A DNA stretch of 30,366 nucleotides, taken from positions 1-30,366 of the IMG/VR virus record IMGVR_UViG_3300037424_000015; one strand, 5' to 3'. Shown one piece after another: positions 17,494 to 26,158 of this stretch. The stretch comes from a virus (taxonomy: Duplodnaviria > Caudoviricetes). The notes beneath the pieces are model-generated. The model did no database searches. It was not told the DNA's origin and saw nothing but the letters and a program-made list of their open reading frames with translations. A program made the position numbers and the translations under genes. Within the stretch, counting starts at the first letter, position 1. Each line of letters begins with the position of its first letter.

Positions 17494-17909
17494 TGCCAGA
17501 ATGTAAGAAGCTTCCTATTAAGCATCTTAGTAAGAAGATTAAGGTCATTCTTTTTGATGTTCTCTATATCTTCCCAATAAGACTTAGTGCCGTACACAGG
17601 GAACTTTCCTTCTACTCTTACTCCATACATACCATCTGCGTACCCTCCAGAGAAGTCAGAGCAATCCATCCCGTAGTCATCTTCCCTAAGCCTCTTGCAA
17701 AGCTCAGACAAGATTATCAGCTCCCTTACCTTCCTATCCTGACAAAGATGCTGAGAATGGTTCTTATGGCTTTCTGACATATCCTTAAAGGCCGTCTCCA
17801 TCAGTCTGAGAGTGCCGGAGTAATCCCAAGAAGCATACTCGTACAGTGCCCGTTTAAATGTCCAGAGATTACGTGCAAAGTTTTTAATCTTCCAGAGTTC
17901 TAATTTCAT
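17490..17909 (-). CDS. Hypothetical protein
   Basis: 139 aa; SD AGGAG; 'WDY' and C-terminal W motif; collinear with neighbours. Confidence 0.7.
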   Translation of the reverse strand: MKLELWKIKNFARNLWTFKRALYEYASWDYSGTLRLMETAFKDMSESHKNHSQHLCQDRKVRELIILSELCKRLREDDYGMDCSDFSGGYADGMYGVRVEGKFPVYGTKSYWEDIENIKKNDLNLLTKMLNRKLLTFWH

Positions 17910-17945
17910 TGCGCGTTCTCCTGTTTAAATATCCAACCAGCCCAT

Positions 17946-17974
17946 ATGATAAACTGGTCGGAGTGCACTATCAA
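17946..17974 (-). promoter_or_regulatory. Sigma70-like promoter with its -10 box inside an inverted repeat
   Basis: TTGATA-17 nt-TATCAT; 14-bp hairpin (with G-U pairs) spanning 17932-17962. Confidence 0.7.
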
Positions 17975-17977
17975 GCG

Positions 17978-18295
17978 TTATTCAGAATCCCCGTTCCACA
18001 AAGTATACACGATAACACCGCGATCTTGGTTAGCCCACTTCTTCTCGAAGTCCTCAAAGGTAATACCCAACTCTTTGAATGCCTCATTAACCCTCTTCTG
18101 ATGTACTTGACTGAATCCACATTCATATCCGATTGACTTACCGTGCATTTGAACCTCTAGGAAGGCTCCTTCTCCGTCCACATCAAAATAACCTGCAGCC
18201 CAGACAATACTCCCCGGCACATGAGAATCTTGATGGTACTTTTCTGTAGAGATGATATAGAACTCTCCACAACGTGTCAAGACAAATTTAAACAT
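17978..18295 (-). CDS. Hypothetical protein
   Basis: 105 aa; SD AAGGAG; 'FKFV...H...AAGYF...GKSIG' pattern. Confidence 0.7.
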   Translation of the reverse strand: MFKFVLTRCGEFYIISTEKYHQDSHVPGSIVWAAGYFDVDGEGAFLEVQMHGKSIGYECGFSQVHQKRVNEAFKELGITFEDFEKKWANQDRGVIVYTLWNGDSE

Positions 18296-18336
18296 ATCTT
18301 CTCCTTGAATTTAGGCAATCAAGCCCGACAAAACGA

Positions 18337-18365
18337 ATAATACCAAATGCCGGGCAGCTTGTCAA
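18337..18365 (-). promoter_or_regulatory. Sigma70-like promoter with its -10 box in a hairpin loop
   Basis: TTGACA-17 nt-TATTAT; the -35 box contains the glutaredoxin TGA stop; stem GCCCGGCA/TGTCGGGC flanks the -10 box. Confidence 0.8.
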
Positions 18366-18604
18366 ATGCTTTTTAACTCTTCCTCGAAATGTTTTCTCAA
18401 GCCCTCAAAACCACCTTCAACAAATATCTCCCCGTTGTCCTTATATATCTGAGGGAATGTCCTATGCCCTTTAGCAATTATAAAATCAAATGCTTCAAAA
18501 TCTTCGTCTGTATTTACGGCAACAAATTCAATGCCCTTAAGTTTCAACAAATCTTTAGCTCTGCTACATGCACTACAATTGTTTTTACTGTATACGATCA
18601 GCAT
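18362..18604 (-). CDS. Glutaredoxin (RNR reductant)
   Basis: IVYSK..CSAC..AK.LL and RTFPQI..GGF motifs. Start moved to ATG at 18604, which has SD AAGGGG and avoids overlap with nrdA. Confidence 0.9.
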   Translation of the reverse strand: MLIVYSKNNCSACSRAKDLLKLKGIEFVAVNTDEDFEAFDFIIAKGHRTFPQIYKDNGEIFVEGGFEGLRKHFEEELKSI

Positions 18605-18612
18605 ATTTCCCC

Positions 18613-20382
18613 TTATTGGCATGCCAAACAATCTTCCTGTTGAATAATGACAGGCTCTTCTCCAGCCTCCTCTCGCTTACCCACTACGTAGTACATACCC
18701 TTAATGTGAGAGTCTTTAAACGCAATCTGATGAATTCGTGAAATATACTCCTCATCGTGCCTCTTATCAAATCCTACATTGAGAGACTGGCCTTGATCAA
18801 TGTTTCTTTGACGAGCAGATGCTTGTCTAAGCACAGCTTCGTGGGGTGCTTCAAACATAGTAGTGAATACCTCTTTCTCTTTCTTTGTCAGCCAAGAAAC
18901 GTCCTGCACACTTCCCTTGGCTTTATTTACATCATCAATACACTTTTCAATATCTAAACCTTTGCTCTTTATAAGCTCAAGGAGTACAGGTACTACGCGG
19001 GACACCTCACCTCCGGCTGTTGACTGAATAAAACTAAAAGCCACATCCTGATTAATGCCCTCGCTAATACCCCCATAAATCAAAGCTGTAGACTTTGTAG
19101 GAGCCACCGCCATACGATGAGTCATGCGGATACCCAAACCTTTACACCACTCTGGCTCTCCCTCTGCCTCTGCCAGAGCTTTGGAAGCCTCCAAAGATTG
19201 CTTGTCGATCTGAACAAATATTTCTTTATTAAGAATATATGCTTCAATGGATGCGAATGGTAACATCTCTTGTTGGAACAATGTATGCAGCCCGCCTGCA
19301 CCAAGTCCGATAGGGCGACCCTTGACAGTGGCCAATACAGCCTTCTCTAGTCCCTTAATATCTTTAGCAATATCTATAAAATAAGATACAACACAGTCTA
19401 ACAGTACAGTAGAGACAAATACGGCATCTGTATCTTTCCACTCTTTCCATTTAGACAGATTCATCCACCCTAGCACGCAAGTATACGTGTGGTTATTGTC
19501 AGAGTGTAGGAATACTTCGTTACACAGTTGCGGAGCTGACACGGACAGATTATTCTTTACATATGCCTCTGGCTTAAGTCTTTCTGCTTTATCTGTAAAT
19601 GAGAAATATCCTTTCCCTGTTATGGCCTTAACCTTCATAACTCTACGAAACTTCTTATGTGCTTCTTTTACACCCGCGTCTAGTTTAGCAATAAACTTGT
19701 CACTAACCTTCCAACCAACATTCAATTCATCTGGGTGGTGTTCAAGGTAGTCAGCAATCTCATAAAAATCTTTGTGTTCAATATCTATATAACTAGCCAC
19801 AGCCCCCCGACGATTACTGCCTTGGCTAACTTTACTGGTGACATCACCAAACATCTGCATAACAGGGAGCGCACCAGATGCCTTACCTCCACCCTTAAAC
19901 TCAGAACCACGGTGACGTACATTGCTTACGTCTACAGCAGTACCAAAACCATATTTAGTCAGAAGCGCTACCTCTTTAGCAGCATCGTAAAAACCGCTAA
20001 CACTATCGTCCACCAAGATACCGCCTGAGCAACTTACTGGTAGGCCACGGTCAGTTCCTGTGTTGGCTAGCAGGGGGGTAGAACAACAGAAATGGGCCTT
20101 CCACAATACGTTAAAGAACTTTTCTCCCCAGTATTTTTGAAAATCTTTCTTACTGGAAAAATTACCTTTATCCGTTGGGCTGACCAGTACAGGCGCGTAC
20201 TCACTCAATGTATTGGCAATACGCTGAAACTGCTCCAATGGGTTCTCCGCAGCATACAAGTAGTTTTTCATAAACAACTGAAGGCCCCCAGTTTGCATCC
20301 ACTCCGGTACAGTACCATCTTCTTGACCTTGTTTACGGAGAACTGAGTAGTCCTCGTAATTCAATTCTTTCTTTTTGCTCAT
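18613..20382 (-). CDS. nrdA: Ribonucleotide reductase class I, large (alpha) subunit, no ATP cone
   Basis: STP, LPVSC, RRGA, QLCNE, TCVL, APT.ST, QGQSLN, YY and C-terminal CLAC motifs. Start taken at MSKKK (ATGA overlap with nrdB stop). Confidence 0.95.
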   Translation of the reverse strand: MSKKKELNYEDYSVLRKQGQEDGTVPEWMQTGGLQLFMKNYLYAAENPLEQFQRIANTLSEYAPVLVSPTDKGNFSSKKDFQKYWGEKFFNVLWKAHFCCSTPLLANTGTDRGLPVSCSGGILVDDSVSGFYDAAKEVALLTKYGFGTAVDVSNVRHRGSEFKGGGKASGALPVMQMFGDVTSKVSQGSNRRGAVASYIDIEHKDFYEIADYLEHHPDELNVGWKVSDKFIAKLDAGVKEAHKKFRRVMKVKAITGKGYFSFTDKAERLKPEAYVKNNLSVSAPQLCNEVFLHSDNNHTYTCVLGWMNLSKWKEWKDTDAVFVSTVLLDCVVSYFIDIAKDIKGLEKAVLATVKGRPIGLGAGGLHTLFQQEMLPFASIEAYILNKEIFVQIDKQSLEASKALAEAEGEPEWCKGLGIRMTHRMAVAPTKSTALIYGGISEGINQDVAFSFIQSTAGGEVSRVVPVLLELIKSKGLDIEKCIDDVNKAKGSVQDVSWLTKKEKEVFTTMFEAPHEAVLRQASARQRNIDQGQSLNVGFDKRHDEEYISRIHQIAFKDSHIKGMYYVVGKREEAGEEPVIIQQEDCLACQ

Positions 20383-21365
20383 TGTTCTACCTTCCACACA
20401 AATTTGTCTTCTGAAAAACGCGACGAGTATTCGCGGCCTATCGTGTTGAAGAAATCGTTAGCAATATATCCTTTTATCTTGGTCCCAAACCAGCCCTCCA
20501 CAGGGTTATCTATCCCTGTCAAATCAAATATAGGTTCAATACCAAAATTACTGAGGCAGTAGTTGATACGTGACCTGATAAATACTTTGAATTGCTCCTT
20601 AGTAATACCGCGAAGATCACCTTTCTCATAGAATTTCTCTACTATTGCTTCCTCGTGCATGCACAGTACAAGTCCAGCTTGTCTGATCTTCTCAAACAAA
20701 GCATCTACCTCTGCTTTAGGCAACTTAGATTCTTTCAAATCTTGGCGGAACAAGTACGCGCCTGTATCGTGATGCAGTCCCTCGTCCAATGCACTCTGGT
20801 TAATACCTGCACCAAAGTTAACAAGCATGTTGTGACCATTTGAGTTGAATGATTTAAACAGGGCAAAGTTAGCGAATAGGACAGCGCCCTCCATCATACT
20901 GAAAACAGCCAAAGACAATCTATCATCACCACTATCTATAAACCCACTCAAAAACTCCATACGCTCCTTGAGCACAGGATCATCTACATAGCTTTCCCAG
21001 AACTCGTCGTTATCTAGACCAAGCTGCGTGTTAAGGGCTTGGTAGAAAGGGGCGTGAATAGCCAACTCTACCATACCAAATGTTGCTGCAACTCGCTCTA
21101 CTTCTGGTCGCGGGAACATTTTCATAATACGTGTCATCCAGAACTCATTACCGATAAAGGATTCGTATTTTACAAATAATTTAGCCGCTGTAAGGATAGC
21201 ATGCTGTTCTGCCTCTGTAAGTTCGACAAGGAATTGGTGCTTATCTTTCTCTACCTGAATTTCTTTCCATTTCCAGTAAAACTCATTCAATTGTAAGTCT
21301 GCGTATTCTACTAGTTTTGGGTACTTAATTGTGAAGCTGTTTGTAGCCTCCCTCAGTTTTGTCAT
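20379..21365 (-). CDS. nrdB: Ribonucleotide reductase class I, small (beta) subunit
   Basis: W...EI...KD, E.A.H...Y, EG..LF..F, DE.LH and DFF...EY motifs. Confidence 0.95.
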   Translation of the reverse strand: MTKLREATNSFTIKYPKLVEYADLQLNEFYWKWKEIQVEKDKHQFLVELTEAEQHAILTAAKLFVKYESFIGNEFWMTRIMKMFPRPEVERVAATFGMVELAIHAPFYQALNTQLGLDNDEFWESYVDDPVLKERMEFLSGFIDSGDDRLSLAVFSMMEGAVLFANFALFKSFNSNGHNMLVNFGAGINQSALDEGLHHDTGAYLFRQDLKESKLPKAEVDALFEKIRQAGLVLCMHEEAIVEKFYEKGDLRGITKEQFKVFIRSRINYCLSNFGIEPIFDLTGIDNPVEGWFGTKIKGYIANDFFNTIGREYSSRFSEDKFVWKVEQ

Positions 21366-21419
21366 TTTACCCTTTAATTTTAATTATAAACACTCCCACA
21401 TATTTCAGCGGAAGCATCT

Positions 21420-21448
21420 ATTTTAACATAATATTAGCATTCTGTCTA
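21420..21448 (-). promoter_or_regulatory. Sigma70-like promoter for nrdB-nrdA-grx
   Basis: TAGACA-17 nt-TAAAAT with extended -10 TG; followed by a leader hairpin ATGCTTCCGC/GTGGGAGTGT (~21390-21417). Confidence 0.65.
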
Positions 21449-21462
21449 TAGCCATACAGTAA

Positions 21463-21975
21463 CTATTTTGTAACAGAATCTTCCCGCAGCATTGTTACAA
21501 AGTCTCCCCGAAGACTTAACAATTCCTTCCGCATCAGTGTCAGCACTGTACTAACTTCTACGAAGTCTTTCTCCATAAGGTCTTGGGTAAAGTCTGAATC
21601 AGTATAGCTTGTATCATTTTCTTCTGTGAAAGCGTCAAAATTAACTGTGTGATTAAGCATCTCTGCCAATTCTCGTGTCAATGATGTGTCAACATACCCT
21701 GTAACAGCCACACGATCAATAATATCACACCAAGGGGAGTGTAGCCATGTACGATCACAGCGAATATCTCCAAGAATACGATAACCTATCCCCGTATTAT
21801 CGTTCAAGTCTCGATGATTATTGGCAGCGTATTCTACAGGGTATTCTACGTCAATTCCCATCTCATATACATAGGGACGAATCTTGGCATCCATTTTAGG
21901 GTGAATAAGTTCTAGCTCAGTGTATGCAGACAATGCCGGAATACACTTCAGATCACGCAGGGAGACAGCCTTCAT
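21463..21975 (-). CDS. Hypothetical protein
   Basis: 170 aa, acidic; ATGA overlap with the upstream gene. Confidence 0.7.
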   Translation of the reverse strand: MKAVSLRDLKCIPALSAYTELELIHPKMDAKIRPYVYEMGIDVEYPVEYAANNHRDLNDNTGIGYRILGDIRCDRTWLHSPWCDIIDRVAVTGYVDTSLTRELAEMLNHTVNFDAFTEENDTSYTDSDFTQDLMEKDFVEVSTVLTLMRKELLSLRGDFVTMLREDSVTK

Positions 21976-22424
21976 TGTGTAATCTCCAAGAAGCCAATTG
22001 GGGCGAGGTCTTTAAGAGTTACAGGTACAAAATTTGTAGGCTTAATAATCTTACCATCAATATTCTTGAACACATACACATTATGTTCAGGATGGTGGAT
22101 AACCATTACTGCCTCCTCTGGAGCAGATTTAGGACTCTTAGCGAATTTACTCAAGTTGTTCTTATTAACCCGTTTCATAGCTTCTTCCACTTTGAAGCCT
22201 GCAGACTCAAGTTTCTGGAGCAAGCCAGCTACAGTTACGAATAGATCACAGGCTCCGTAAAGAAGTTCTACATCATCTTTGTTCTCAACTGCTGTAATGG
22301 TTTCTGACAATTCCTCAAAGATGAAGCCAATCTGATTATCGATACTATTAAAGTCAACATAGTCAAAGTTGCCTGCAATTTCATTAAATTTTTCTACATC
22401 ATTGTAAAGCTTAGTTACATTCAT
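21972..22424 (-). CDS. All-alpha NTP pyrophosphohydrolase (MazG-like)
   Basis: EE..E ... E......D, 'A..RV...NLSK' and 'DGKI.KP..F' motifs; SD GAGGAG. Confidence 0.8.
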   Translation of the reverse strand: MNVTKLYNDVEKFNEIAGNFDYVDFNSIDNQIGFIFEELSETITAVENKDDVELLYGACDLFVTVAGLLQKLESAGFKVEEAMKRVNKNNLSKFAKSPKSAPEEAVMVIHHPEHNVYVFKNIDGKIIKPTNFVPVTLKDLAPIGFLEITQ

Positions 22425-22442
22425 TTATTTCTCCTCAAAACA

Positions 22443-22706
22443 CTACTGCAATATTGGCATAATCAATTTCTGACGCTGTAGCCATTCTACCACACTTGGA
22501 GAGTCTTTGTACCATATTTTCTCACGGTAATTATAAGATTCTCCTGCTATTGTAAACCCCTCGTTGTCGAAGATGGCCTCCAAGCCCCCAGAATAGTCCA
22601 CAATCGTTTTAAACGGTTGATTAGGTACGAAGGCCACGGAAGCATCTGAAATGCAGTAGAGGGTTATAGGAAGGCTTCCTAGGGGTATTGGTATTTGGAA
22701 GTTCAA
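22443..22706 (-). CDS. Hypothetical protein
   Basis: 87 aa; TTG start overlapping the upstream TGA; fills the gap in the operon. Confidence 0.5.
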   Translation of the reverse strand: MNFQIPIPLGSLPITLYCISDASVAFVPNQPFKTIVDYSGGLEAIFDNEGFTIAGESYNYREKIWYKDSPSVVEWLQRQKLIMPILQ

Positions 22707-23113
22707 CCAGTCACCTTAGTAAATGTTTGCACAACTACGAGTTGTTCTTCTGCTTCATATTTAACATCATAAGCAGAACCTACCCAATCAATTGATGCTG
22801 GCTCTCCGTGTTTACCTCCACCATACCAGTACGTCCAGCCTACCCATGTTTTGTCGGGAGCTAAAGCTGCTACAGATTTTGCCTCATAGTGCCGTGAATA
22901 GTCACAAGGAATATCTGTCTCAACGTCACCTCCCCTAATCTCATATTTAATGTCTTGCAAGTAATCACAACCTTCTTCGACATCTTCGTAGATATCGTCA
23001 ATGTTTTCTTCTGTGATTGGAGGATATTGGGGAATACCATCTTTTTCAATAGTACCATACTCATTGAAATACGAATCAAGAATAATCCACTTAATCTTTT
23101 GTTGTGGGGTCAT
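22703..23113 (-). CDS. Hypothetical protein
   Basis: 136 aa, acidic, 'SRHYE.KSVA...WVGWTYWYGGGKHGEP' motif; ATGA overlap. Confidence 0.75.
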   Translation of the reverse strand: MTPQQKIKWIILDSYFNEYGTIEKDGIPQYPPITEENIDDIYEDVEEGCDYLQDIKYEIRGGDVETDIPCDYSRHYEAKSVAALAPDKTWVGWTYWYGGGKHGEPASIDWVGSAYDVKYEAEEQLVVVQTFTKVTG

Positions 23114-24066
23114 TTTCCATACTCCTTCTCAAGCCAGTCCATAGAAATAAACAAAGGATCATAGCTGCCATCTTTAACATTATGTTTTACAATAATTCCA
23201 CGCCAGTGATGATTACCTTGAACACCTTTGTAGTCTTCATTGTGTACATACGCAGCCCCGCAAATAAGTCCAAACTGTTGTTGCCCTGTTGCTTGAAGGT
23301 ATCGTGTAGAAATATCAAGCTGTTGACGATGACCTTGTGTAAAACTCATGCCAATGACTTTAAGTAGGTTAGCTGCGTTGCCGCCTAATGGCTTACCTGT
23401 CATAACATTTTGAAAGTAGTGGCAATACGCAATACCGTCAATCACAATTGGCGTAAGGAATGGAATTACTTCCCAACCAGCCTCTTTGTATTGTAAATCA
23501 TCTACAGATAGAAAGCCATGCAACTCAGGATTCATATTAACATGCCGTTCTAATCGGTTTTCATGGTTACCCAGCGTCATTACCATACGGGGTCGATATA
23601 CTTCTTCACCGGCCTTCTCTTGAGCTACTTGAAGCTTACGCAGCGGTGCAAGCAACACTTCCATACCTTTAATAGCAGCTTCTATATCATGCTGCACTCG
23701 CTTACCTTCTGCAGAGCGCATACCTTTATCATATGTTGAACAAGATTCCATGTCTGCGAAGTCACCAGCATTAATGATAACATCTGGCCGCTTACGGACA
23801 ATATACTGCCCAATCCAATCGAGATAGTCGAGGGAGATTCCGGGACGTACTTGATTATCAGGGATATAGAGGTGAGTAACACTCTTCTCTTTCACACTGC
23901 TAGATGTGTTTTCGTCATCTTCCCCCATAAACTCATAATATTGGCGAAGCATGTCTGAACAAGTCGATTTGGGTACATCGAGAACTCTGGCAATCTCGCG
24001 CCACGATAACGTATTAGTCTTTGCCAGCTTGATTGCACTTTCCTGCCATTCTACATATTTAGTCAT
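23110..24066 (-). CDS. Calcineurin-like metallophosphoesterase with an N-terminal HTH
   Basis: IPDNQ, GDFAD, GNHE, H and GHRQ motifs; N-terminal SWREIARVLDVPKSTCSD helix-turn-helix. Confidence 0.85.
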   Translation of the reverse strand: MTKYVEWQESAIKLAKTNTLSWREIARVLDVPKSTCSDMLRQYYEFMGEDDENTSSSVKEKSVTHLYIPDNQVRPGISLDYLDWIGQYIVRKRPDVIINAGDFADMESCSTYDKGMRSAEGKRVQHDIEAAIKGMEVLLAPLRKLQVAQEKAGEEVYRPRMVMTLGNHENRLERHVNMNPELHGFLSVDDLQYKEAGWEVIPFLTPIVIDGIAYCHYFQNVMTGKPLGGNAANLLKVIGMSFTQGHRQQLDISTRYLQATGQQQFGLICGAAYVHNEDYKGVQGNHHWRGIIVKHNVKDGSYDPLFISMDWLEKEYGK

Positions 24067-24773
24067 TTGGTTCCTTTAGGTTGTCGGCAGTATGCCCCGT
24101 GTCTACTAGCTAATTGGTATCTGGATGATTCGTACTCCTCCCTGTATATCTCTACAAACTTTTTAAATACCTTATTCCACCTCTCTCCTCGTGTAACTAG
24201 TGATATATACTGCGGATGAAGCCCATAAGTAGCTGCTATACTTGTCTGAAATTCAAACTCTAGATAATATAGGCATAGTATCTCCCACACCTTGACCTCC
24301 GTAAGTTTGGCCTCTGATTTTTGTTCTCCCTCTAGATACCACTGCAAGCCTGTTGCTATTGCATGATCCTTATTTTCCTGAGCAGTTACCCACTCTAGGT
24401 TACGGTAGGAATTATTCTTAGGATTACCATCTTTATGATTAACCTGATTCCTGTCCTCAGTCTCTCTACTAACAAAAGCCTTGGCTACTAGCCGATGAGT
24501 AAGTTCTGGTCGCTGCACTCCGTCTATGTTAAGTGTGACGCGAAGATACATCTTAGTTTTGGATTGCTGGTTAGACGTTATTATCTTCCCTTTCCAAAAA
24601 TGCTTGCCGTTAGTATTCTCCTGATTTATAGTCACACGCACTCTTCCAAGACTACTTACCTCATATTTGGCGGTGTTATGCAATGATTTCCAAATCTCGT
24701 CAGGTAGACTATCTTCGGACTTATCTCGCCATATCTGATGGCTATTTTCCACGAGATACGCCTTTGTTATCAC
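24063..24773 (-). CDS. HNH homing endonuclease (NUMOD4 + HNH + C-terminal HTH)
   Basis: EIWK...YEVSSLGRVR, HRLVAKAF, VNHKDGN..NN...NLEWVT..EN..HA and KLTE..V..I motifs. Confidence 0.9.
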   Translation of the reverse strand: MITKAYLVENSHQIWRDKSEDSLPDEIWKSLHNTAKYEVSSLGRVRVTINQENTNGKHFWKGKIITSNQQSKTKMYLRVTLNIDGVQRPELTHRLVAKAFVSRETEDRNQVNHKDGNPKNNSYRNLEWVTAQENKDHAIATGLQWYLEGEQKSEAKLTEVKVWEILCLYYLEFEFQTSIAATYGLHPQYISLVTRGERWNKVFKKFVEIYREEYESSRYQLASRHGAYCRQPKGTK

Positions 24774-24787
24774 CCACCCAAATAACC

Positions 24788-25030
24788 TTAGTCATTATCT
24801 TCCTCCTTAAGTTTCTGAGACTCCAACACATCACGAACACCCAGCATATACCCTGTCCAGCTGTTACTTACAATGCTGTTCACGTAGTCTCCGTTAGGCT
24901 TCATTTTAAGAAATTCCTGACGAGTCATAATGTGTGACAGGCCACTTGTGAAGGCTGCTTTAATAGCATCTGAGTGATACTGCTCATACACACTATATTC
25001 AAATATTGATCGTATAGTTTCTAATGACAC
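24788..25030 (-). CDS. Hypothetical protein
   Basis: 80 aa; GTG start with SD AAGGAG; 'G.YVN..V...W.GY' pattern. Confidence 0.6.
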   Translation of the reverse strand: MSLETIRSIFEYSVYEQYHSDAIKAAFTSGLSHIMTRQEFLKMKPNGDYVNSIVSNSWTGYMLGVRDVLESQKLKEEDND

Positions 25031-25605
25031 TTGCTCTCCTTGAGAATCTGTAATTCCGTAATTTTGTTTGCAATCTCTTGCTCAAGAGCCCTTATGGCTT
25101 GCTTCTTTTGCGCAGCTTCTGGTGAAGTGCGTATCCAGAGGAGCTTACCGCAAATAAGTGGATTGAGCAGATCATCTGGCTCTGGCTCAGCATAAACTGC
25201 GCATATAAGGGATTTAGACAAATCCAAAACATCAAATGACAAGTGGTTCTTTATAATACCATGCTCACGAACACCTCGAATTTCTTCCCCAGAAGACGAT
25301 CTTACGATGTAACTCGCAGCACCGCTGGTGGCAATACGCATAAATGGCTTCAGCATATCCGCATTAAAATTAAGCGGGTTTCCCTTTGCATCTTCTCCAT
25401 TTGGATATTGCCCCTCAATAATCTTCCACTTGTCGTCTTCCACGTAACCAGCAGCAAGACCAAGTGGATAACTATCTTTATACTTTTTAAGCATACCTTC
25501 AGTAGCACTCTCCCAAGTCATTTCCACCATATCTGAAACAACCTCTGCAGAATATACAATATTGCCACCTTCGCAAACGAACTTAAATTTCTCCGGCAGT
25601 TTCAT
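25021..25605 (-). CDS. Hypothetical protein (C-terminal coiled coil)
   Basis: Start moved to MKLPE at 25605, which has SD AAGGAG. Confidence 0.65.
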   Translation of the reverse strand: MKLPEKFKFVCEGGNIVYSAEVVSDMVEMTWESATEGMLKKYKDSYPLGLAAGYVEDDKWKIIEGQYPNGEDAKGNPLNFNADMLKPFMRIATSGAASYIVRSSSGEEIRGVREHGIIKNHLSFDVLDLSKSLICAVYAEPEPDDLLNPLICGKLLWIRTSPEAAQKKQAIRALEQEIANKITELQILKESKCH

Positions 25606-25606
25606 A

Positions 25607-26158
25607 CTATTTCTCCTTTTTAAGAATTTCCACAACAGCCTTCTTCCTTTTGGCTGCGTTACTCAACAATTCATCAGTATACCCTTTTGCTTTGCAGAAA
25701 GCAATCACCTCTTTTACAGGAAGTTTTGTGATAGCAATTATTTCTTTCTCTATTCGGGCTTCCTCGAAAGTGACATCTTTTCTTTCAGAGTGAGATTTTA
25801 TTTTATGAGCCTTCTTTGTAACAAACTGTAGGTCATCTTCAGTGATCAAAACTATCCCGCTGATAAAACTATTAAGGTCGTCCAAAGTCTTTAACGAGTG
25901 TCCTCCCGTTCTGTGGTCAACTTCCATCTCAGATATAACTGCTATCTCTCCAGTAAGAGCACATTCTGCACCCCACACCTCGTCCACTCTTCCTCGCGGA
26001 TTTGGGTTAGGAATCCTGATACGGTTATTCTTAATAAAGTTTAACTTCACTGGGTGTCGATTCCATAGCGCTTTACGAATCCCTCCCCTAATCCAACTCA
26101 TAAATGCTGACTCTGTTTTCCATATTTCTGGATATTCTTCCCAAGGAGCTTTGTTCAA
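25607..26158 (-). CDS. HNH-type endonuclease (probably a core recombination/replication nuclease)
   Basis: 'F.SWIRGGIR...W.R.PVK', 'ECA..G', 'EVDH' and 'LQ.V...H..K' motifs; coupled to the exonuclease gene. Confidence 0.7.
   Translation of the reverse strand: MNKAPWEEYPEIWKTESAFMSWIRGGIRKALWNRHPVKLNFIKNNRIRIPNPNPRGRVDEVWGAECALTGEIAVISEMEVDHRTGGHSLKTLDDLNSFISGIVLITEDDLQFVTKKAHKIKSHSERKDVTFEEARIEKEIIAITKLPVKEVIAFCKAKGYTDELLSNAAKRKKAVVEILKKEK

Noticed and set aside
18613-21365. Inteins or introns in nrdA/nrdB
   Set aside because: Both ORFs are continuous and compact (about 589 and 328 aa) with motifs in normal order.
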